From positions 359,474 through 423,473 of the forward strand of contig NW_003314309.1 of the NCBI RefSeq assembly GCF_000143415.4: 64,000 bases of DNA, in the 5' to 3' direction. Shown piece after piece: positions 55,741 to 64,000 of this stretch (positions are counted from its first letter, which is position 1; each line of letters starts with the position of its first letter). Source of the DNA: Selaginella moellendorffii. Its lineage: Eukaryota; Plantae; Lycopodiophyta. The notes beneath the pieces were generated by a model. That model made no database searches and had not been told where the DNA came from. It worked only from the letters and a program-made list of their open reading frames with translations. The position numbers and the translations under genes were made by a program.

Positions 55741-58700
55741 AATTATAATAGTGTAATATGTGGATTTTTAATTGAAAATTTAATCCATTCATTCGTTTGC
55801 TCTTTTTTATGATCTTAATTACATTTCTTTTTTATTATACTACTTTATTGTTGATAAAGGAGTGTGCCATTAAAGCCATAGATGTTGCTCTATTATCCTC
55901 AATATTGTTTTTGCTACTATGTCACATATTGATTATGCTTTTTATATCAAAGTTCATAAATAAGGTATTAATTTTTTAATTTACCATCTGATATTTTTTT
56001 CACTCTTTCTTTGACATTTCATTATGCTAGTATATAAGCTCTTCTGAGAAATCATCATACTGAAATTCAAGGATGTTTAACCTTAAATAACTTAAGACCC
56101 TTGGGAAATATAATGCACTCTTATTTATCAACCTTTTATCTCAAGTCGTTCACCCTTTAGTTATTTACATGGAATTTCTTTTTCATCTATAATACTTTCT
56201 TCTTTTAACACATTAATGATCTCTAATTTCATAATTTTCTTTTTTAGTCTAGTGTTAACTTGAGTGTTTTATGCCCTTCTTATATTGATATGGATAATGT
56301 GCTATAGTTGATGTAGAGAATGTGTATATAACTAAAAAATTTGCTTTTGTCTCAATTTTTTACTAATTTTGGTTTTAAATATTCTTTTGTTCCAAGGGTT
56401 ATACCACTTATATTAGTGTTTTGAGTTAAGTGCTATTTTTAATTGTGATTGTTGCTAATTTATAGTTGTTATTGAGGAATTTATTTATTCCCTAAAGAGT
56501 GGGGTTTTTCTTTAATATTTGTATCTCAATTGGTGTTAAGGAGGTTGAGTGGTGTAAATATCTTCCTTATTTAATTTTGGCTTAAGTAATTTATAATAAG
56601 ATATCTAATATTATCTAGTTTTTATATATGGACAGAGTCTCTTATAACATGAGGCCTCTTGTTATCTAAACCTTTAGCATATCATTTTCTTTTTCTTCTT
56701 TGTTTTATCAATACTTTACCCATTTTTTCTTCTTTCACTTTATTTTTTCTTTAATTTTTTCTACTTTCTCCTTTTAGTCTTGATACTTCAAACTTTTTTC
56801 TCTTTGGAGTATGGGATAGATAAGAGTTAGGTATCAATGATGAAGTGAGGATGACTGACAATAGTATTGGAGTAAACACAAATGATATGGATTGTGGAGT
56901 GAGGATGAATATAATGAGTTTGAATGAAATATCTAGCTCCAATGGAGTGAGATCAAGTGCATATGATAATAGAGTGAAGGTTTAGGCTAAAATTAAGCTA
57001 AAAGTATATAGCAAAAGTGCAAGAAGTCAAAACAAAACTAGTGCTTCATAACTTTTTTTTTCTTTTGAAAAGGGGATTATGAAAATATGAAGGACAAATG
57101 GACTATTGAGTCCAATACAATGTCAAATGAAGACAAATGTCATAAGTTTGAGTTAACATTAGTCTCAAAAGCTAACTAGAGGGATAACATATAATAGATT
57201 TTATTATTTGCTGTAGTAGTGTTTTATGGATTGTTGTTACCCTTGAAGTGTTTTGCTTTGGTTCACATGTCTTTGATGTTGGTTCAAACATTTATCACAT
57301 ACACATAGAATTGCAATTAATTCATCAGCATTTCAAAGTTGGTTACTCTTTATGCTATGGCTTTGGGTTTAATTTTGTCATAGGTTAGTGCTTTTATAAA
57401 AGTTTAAGTTTTTGTCATAGTTTATCATCACCCATTAGAAAGTTTTTAATATTTTATCTAACTTACCGTTATCAACTTTTCAGCTTCCAAATGGGAGGAT
57501 GGTGTAAGGTTTATAAATACATATATGTATAATCCTAATGGGTAGATATTCTAATTATAGTAGTGTAGTATATAAATTTTCTAATTAAGAGTGAATTTGG
57601 TCCATCCATTATTGTTTATAAATAGGGGTTCTTACCTCAATTAATATATTTATTCACATATTTGAAGCACTTATATTTATGATATTTTTATTATTTATTG
57701 TTTATTTTTACTTTAATTTTCAAGAGTATTTCTAATACTTCTACAAGATAAAATATTAGAAAATGTGATTAATAAAAAGTAGTTTTAGATATATTTATAG
57801 ATTTAGTAGCATCATTAGTTTAGAGTATTTATATTTAATTATAAGTTGTAGTTGAAGGGATATTAATAATTACCTATCTTGCAGTATCTTAATTTTTGAT
57901 ATTTTATATTTTATGATATCTTTAGAATGAATAAAAATCTAAAAATATTGCAACAAGTGTCACAACAAATATAAAGAATTTATATACTTTTCACCTAATT
58001 ACTCCCTAAATCATAAATATGAGAGACATAAATATTTAGTGGTACATTTGAGAAGCTCCATCAACCAAAATTGGCCATAACCAAGGCCTTATAATCTTTT
58101 TCATATGGTGTTTAATGCTTAAGAATGCAAGATTTTGAATTCAAATACCATAAGTGGAAATTTTTTAATAGGACTATATAATCAAGAATATACTATTGAT
58201 CGCTTAAGATGAGTGTTTTATTTATTGATGGTTAGCAATTATCAAAAAGTTCTAGTAAGGTATATTTAATTATTAATTTTATCAATAATTGTTTCAAGAA
58301 GGATATTTTATACACCAATGTAAAAGACCATTCCTATTATCAATAATACCTTTTATATAAGAAAATGGATAACAATAATCTATATTCCAATAGGAAAATG
58401 AGCTTGAACAAGAACATCTAATTAATATACACTAATCATTACTTCATTAAATATTTCATAAAGCATATTTTGTTAAATTAGCATCAAATTGATCACTATA
58501 CTCATTAAGATTAAGTCTAGAATGGATACTTTTATTTCTTTCATTTAGACATGATGCATCTAAGATGTAATTTGATATAATGGAATAAATTCACAAGTTG
58601 AATAAAAATTGAACATTGAAAATTGATAATTTATGAATTGAGAAATTATATTACAATTGTTTTTAAATACCTACCACATGGATGAAGAGGATCGACATTA

Positions 58701-58785
58701 TCACATTAAGCTCAATAATCATAAATCTGAAAATTATATACATTGTTGTGAAATAGATATCAACTTGGATTTTTCTAGTGGGATT
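55740..58785. mobile_element. Unclassified AT-rich, CpG-depleted degenerate sequence separating the two Gypsy copies
   Basis: Sharp homology breakpoints at both ends; stop-riddled coding-like patches; no family recognised. Confidence 0.4.
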
Positions 58786-58789
58786 TTTC

Positions 58790-61700
58790 TACCAACTTGC
58801 TGCAACACCCGATATGGTCCTTTCCACTACGCAAGGAGCCTTTTAGATAAACCACATACCGTAAGATGGGGAAAACGGACTAACACCAAATCATCCACTT
58901 TGTATTCCGCAGGTGGATGATGATGGGAGTTGTAACACCGTTGTTGTCTCACTTGTACGCGGCCTAAGTGTTCGGCAGACTCTACTCGGACAAGTGGAAG
59001 AATGCTTGTCAAATATTGATCCCATGACCTAGCATCAGGAGCTCGTGGCAATCGCGAAGGTAAACCCAGCTCTGTTGATAATATTGGATCATGACCATAT
59101 AGAAGTTTATATGGTGAAGCACCAACAGAACTCTGCACCCTTGTGACATAGGCATACCGAAGAGACAGCAAATAACCATCTCAATCCGAATGCTGAAAGT
59201 TTACATACTTCGCAATCATCCCTTTGAATGTCTGAATGAGCCGTTCCACCAAACCATCTGATTGTGGATGATAAGCACTCGTAAAAGTGTGGCGTATCCC
59301 CAACCGAGATGTCAAAACATGAAATACCTCAACCATAAATGCAGGACCATTATCTGAAAGAATCCGCTTTGGACAAGAATGCTGGAACACCACTCGATTG
59401 AGGAGGAAGTATCCAACAGCAGTTGCAGAGGCGCTAGCAAGAGCACCAACTTCCACCCAATGAGTCAAGTAGTCAGAAGCAATAATAACATACTCATTGC
59501 CAGCAGTCGATCATGGAAAAGGTCCCATAAGATCAAACGCCACCAACTCAAACGGACGGGAAATTGCAATTGACTCCAACCGTCCTTTCGCAGCACAAGG
59601 GGGAGTATTACGAGCTTGGCACCAAACGCAGCTATGCACATACTGAATAATATCACGTCGCATCTCCGGCCAATAGAAAGACCTGCGCAGCTTCTCGGTG
59701 ACACGACGGTGTCCCATATGCCCACCTAGAACAGGAGAATCATGGTAGGCATGGAGAAACCGTGGAATAAACACCGAAGGCACCACCAACCGTAAATGAT
59801 CATCAGGATCCATCCCCACAAAATAAAGAAGGCCATTTTTAAGGCGATATTGAAAATGCCGGAAAGGCAAGTCATCAGCAAGTGATGCAGGATTCTTAAA
59901 CCCATCTCGAAGCCTTCGAATCCACAGCTCAATCTTTTGAGCCTCACGAACCTCATCAAGAGAAGGTAGATCTTGTTTTGCGCCTTGTGGACACTGAATG
60001 TCAAGGACAGCAACCGCCGACGGCACAGAATCCTCATCTAGAAAATCCACAGATGCTGGAACAATAGGTTCGTTAGAAACATGATAAGTGAGTGGAGAAG
60101 GAAGAGGAGCTCAAGAAAGGGCATCAGCATCAGCCATAGAACTCCCTGGGCGATGAACAACATCGAAATCATATATCTGAAGCTTCAAAGCCCATCGAGC
60201 CATACGACCAACCAAGTTCTTCCGCTTCAATAATGAAGTAACAGCAGCATGGTCACCTTCAAGTAACGTCCAAGAACCATATAGATATGCATGAAGTTTC
60301 TCAAAACCCCAAATTGTTGCTAAACACTTCTTCTCCGTCGTGGAGTAGTTCATCTCCGCTGGTTGTAATGTACGGCTTATGTATGCAATGGGATGGTGCT
60401 GACCAGGCACATTCGAGCTCTCTTGCATCAACACACCTCCAAGACCAATGTCAGAAGCATCCACGCGCAAAATAAAAGGTCGAGTGTAGTCAGGATATGC
60501 CAAAACCGGAGGAGTTGTCAATAGCTCTTTGAGATCCACGAACGCCCACTCACAATCCGGAGACCAGATGAAAGATGACGTTGATGACTTTAGCAACGCT
60601 CGCAATGGTGTAGTGCGATTGGAAAAATGATCCACAAAACGACTGAGATACTGCACCTTACCCAAGAAGCGTTGCACATCATTCACACACTTCGGAGTAG
60701 GGAACTTTAGAACAGCCACAAGTTTGTCAGGATCAACTTGCAAACCCTCACGAGAAATACGATACCCAAGATAAGTTGTGTCTTTGGACCCAAACATGCA
60801 CTTTGACTGCTTCAGCTTTAAACCAACGTCGCGTAGCCGATCCAACACTTTACAAACATCACGAACGTGCTCTTCCCACGTCCCTTCCGAGTGGATCAAG
60901 ACATCATCAATGAAGTCAGCAGTCACCTCTGGCATATCGCAAAGAACCTCGCCCATCATCCGCTGGAAAGTTGCTGAAGCATTGTTCAAACCAATCGGCA
61001 TCACCAAGAACTCGTATAAACCAAATGGTGTACGAAAAGCAGTCTTAGGAATATCTTCTTCGGCCATCGGTACTTGCTAATACCCAGAAACAAGATCTAG
61101 CTTGGTGAACCAATGACTGCGCCCTAGACGATCCAAGAGATCAGCAGTGTGAGGAAGAGGATACACATCTGGAATTGTCACTTCGTTTAACGGACGATAG
61201 TCGATGTAGAAACGAATACTCCCATCAGGCTTCATCACAAGATGAGGTTCACATGTCCAAGGACTCCGCGACTTCCGAATAACACCCTTCTCCAACATCT
61301 CCTTGACGTTTGCACGTAAAATCTTGATCTCCTTGAGTGACCGACGATGAACAAGAACTTTGATTCGACGAGCATCCCCAGTTGGAATGGGATGACATGT
61401 GGCAATCTTGGCCCCAGACGATAGGTCAAATTCAAAGAGATCAGAATACTCCTTCATGAGCTGGTCAACAGCTGCAACACAAAGATTATCGGAGGGATCG
61501 GAAAAGGGAAGAGCAGAACAAGATGAAAACATAGAAGGAAATAGTGGGGGAACAAAAGTAATGGAAGCAGAGGTAGAAGTAGAAGGACGAAGAGGTATGA
61601 AAGTGAGAGGAATGGATGAAATATAAGGAAGTATGAGACAAGGGGGAGAAGCCTCAAAGTCACACCTGGCATGATTGTGCTGCAACCAATCCATACCAAG

Positions 61701-63519
61701 AATGAGATCAAAAGCTTGACTCGGCACCACCTGCAACGACTGTAACTCAAGCTCGAGATCGCCCATACGCACAACCAGGTCTGCCTCATCTCGTGCACAT
61801 ACATGTGTATGGCCGTTGCCATAAAGAATGAAAACTGGATCTGCCGCACGACGCAAGTGTAGATGACAACGTGTGGCAACAGGTCGAGCAATAGAAGATA
61901 AACTCGAACCTGTATCAACCAACACGGAGAGAAGAATAGGAAACCTCTTGTTATAAAAACAAGCTTGGAAAGTAAACACTGGATGAATCGGTGCTGAGTG
62001 AACCCCTTGATGATACTCCCGAAAGAAAGATGGAGGGGTCACTAACTTATTCGCGCAAGATCCCTCCATTACTCGCGCGACTCTTCGTTTCCCGGATGCA
62101 CCTCGGTATCCAAACCTTCCACTGTAGCAGCACCAACGGGACGTTGCTGACACCAAGGTCTCCACCCAAGAAATGGAGGTCGCTGTAAGTAACCAAAGGG
62201 AACGACTCGAGAGATGATCCGTTGGGGTTCAAATATAGAGGGAAAGGGCCTATAAACAAGAGTGCACCCCCTTTTCCAATCGGTTAAGGGTCTTGGGATA
62301 TTTGGGGTTAAGCGTCCTTGGGTTTGAATAGTACTAGGCTGGGTGACCTCCCGGGAAGTCCAAACTCAAGAGCTTACAGTCACCAATCTGAAAAGCACCG
62401 ACAACGCCAATAAGTATGACCAACTTCATCACATGCCCAGCAACAAACATCACGGCCACGACCATGTCCTCGCCCTTGTCCTTGGACTCGAGTAGCAACA
62501 GCATCAACCTCCATAGGAACAGGATCATCACTCATAGGAAGTGGAGCTGAAGGACGTATAGCGAAAAGTGGAAGAAGTGATGTCTCATAATGTTGTGCCA
62601 AGCGAAGAGCATCGTCAAGAGTGGCAGGAGCAAGTGCATGCACAAGTCTGACAAGATCTTGACAAAGTGTTGGCCACAACATTCCTAGCTTGATCCGCTC
62701 CGACATATTGGGCTCCGCACGAAGCAAAAGACTTCGGAAACGAACGCCAAATTGCATCACCGACTCAGATGGCCTTTGGCGAAGACGATGCAATTGTTGG
62801 AAGGCATCGTCACAATCATTAGCATGTCCGAAAGTGCGTTTGAAGACGTATGGAAGAACACTCCAATCCCCACGATCCACACCAATGTACCATTGCAACG
62901 CTGTCCCTTGGAGACACGTGGGAAACTCACGCAAACATTGAGCATCATCCCAAGAATGATATGTGGCAATCACCGTGAAGTGATCGAACCAATGGTACAC
63001 ATCATCCCCAAGATTCCCACGAAAGAACTTTGGCCGATCGCGAGGATTGGCACCAAGAGCAAGAGGAGTTGAACCATGTGCTGTGAATGTCACCATTAAT
63101 TGAGTTTGGTTGTTCAATTGCAAGCGCATAGCATCAAGCAATTGAACCAACTGCTGCTCTAGAGTCAAGGAGGAGATTGCGGATCGGCCATGAAGATGAA
63201 CGAAAAAGAAAAAGCAAAAGAAGAGAAATGACAAAAAGCTGGAAAGAAATGGTAGATCTAGACAATGCAAAATGCTAGATCTAAACTAAAATCCTGAAAG
63301 GAAAGAATAATAAAAGGGACAATCAAAGGTGCCCCTCACCTCCACCAATGTGAGTGCATGGAATATGGAAAGGGAATACAGAAATGTGTATATCAATTAG
63401 CCCAAAAACCTTAGCTTATATACAGGAGCGAGTGGTCTGGATTAAAACCAATCTGATGGCTACCAAAATCTCACTACGCTAATATTAGTATACGGCATCG
63501 TAGTTGTACACTTGGCCCT

Positions 63520-63523
<4 letters not shown>
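58790..63523 (-). mobile_element. Ty3/Gypsy LTR retrotransposon, 3'-truncated, with premature stops
   Basis: gag 62380-63270 with zinc knuckle CWACDEVGHTYWRC. Domains in Gypsy order: PR VLVDTGS, RT FIDDVLIHS, RNase H DAS...ADADALS, integrase HHCC and PQSDGLVER, GPY. Short 5' LTR at 63349-63523. Confidence 0.95.
63332..63347 (-). promoter_or_regulatory. Primer-binding site, tRNA-Ala-like
   Basis: Minus strand TGGTGGAGGTGAGGGG, 1 bp inside the LTR CA end; tRNA-Ala 3' ends read ...CTCCACCA. Confidence 0.6.
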
Positions 63524-63586
<63 letters not shown>

Positions 63587-63771
63587 ATATATATGTATAT
63601 ATGTATATATATATGTATATATGTATATATATATATATGTATATATGTATATATATATGTATATATATATGTATATATGTATATATATATGTATATATGT
63701 ATATATATATGTATATATATATATATGTATATATATATGTATATATGTATGTATATATGTATATATGTATG

Positions 63772-63803
<32 letters not shown>

Positions 63804-64000
63804 TATATGTATATATGTATGTATATATATATATATATGTATATATATGTATATATGTATGTATATATGTATATATGTATATATGTATATATATATGTAT
63901 ATATGTATGTATATATGTATATATGTATGTATATATGTATATATGTATGTGTATATGTATATATGTATGTATATATGTATATGTGTATATGTGTATATAT
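63520..64000. repeat. Compound microsatellite (CA)n-(TA)n-(TATG/TA)n running to the window end
   Basis: Directly visible. Confidence 0.98.

Noticed and set aside
58827-61079. Programmed readthrough or RNA editing of the Gypsy stops
   Set aside because: The stops would need both A-to-G and U-to-C repair, and the paralogous copy has sense codons at some sites. DNA transitions explain them more simply.

Overview
Eukaryotic plant nuclear DNA with very short (~50-60 bp) GT-AG introns and tiny intergenic spacers. This architecture and the gene set suggest the lycophyte Selaginella (inferred, not verified). Positions 1-12.5 kb are gene-dense: a partial SWEET, an SKU5-similar oxidase, a RecQ helicase, a second SWEET, a beta-tubulin with an axonemal-type tail, and an unidentified gene apparently cut by repeats. 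Positions 12.5-39.5 kb are a nested transposon block: an AT-decayed multi-exon gene with tandem exon-intron repeats and possible ParB-like and methyltransferase-like motifs; a Helitron-like relic split by an RT-deleted LINE, which is itself split by a very young non-autonomous 7.8-kb LTR element whose LTRs carry a hierarchical tandem array; rearranged BIG ARF-GEF fragments; and a retroelement protease relic. Positions 39.5-53 kb hold a microdeletion-riddled carB pseudogene, an ABS3/DTX48-56-like MATE gene, and a third SWEET head-to-head with a bL36 gene (75 bp between the ATGs). Positions 53-64 kb hold two copies of one Gypsy element: a younger copy whose pol frame is broken only by transition-derived stops, and an older copy with near-exclusive, one-way C>T/G>A (RIP-like) decay. 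The window ends in a (CA)n/(TA)n/(TATG)n microsatellite. All calls were made by eye; no searches were run.
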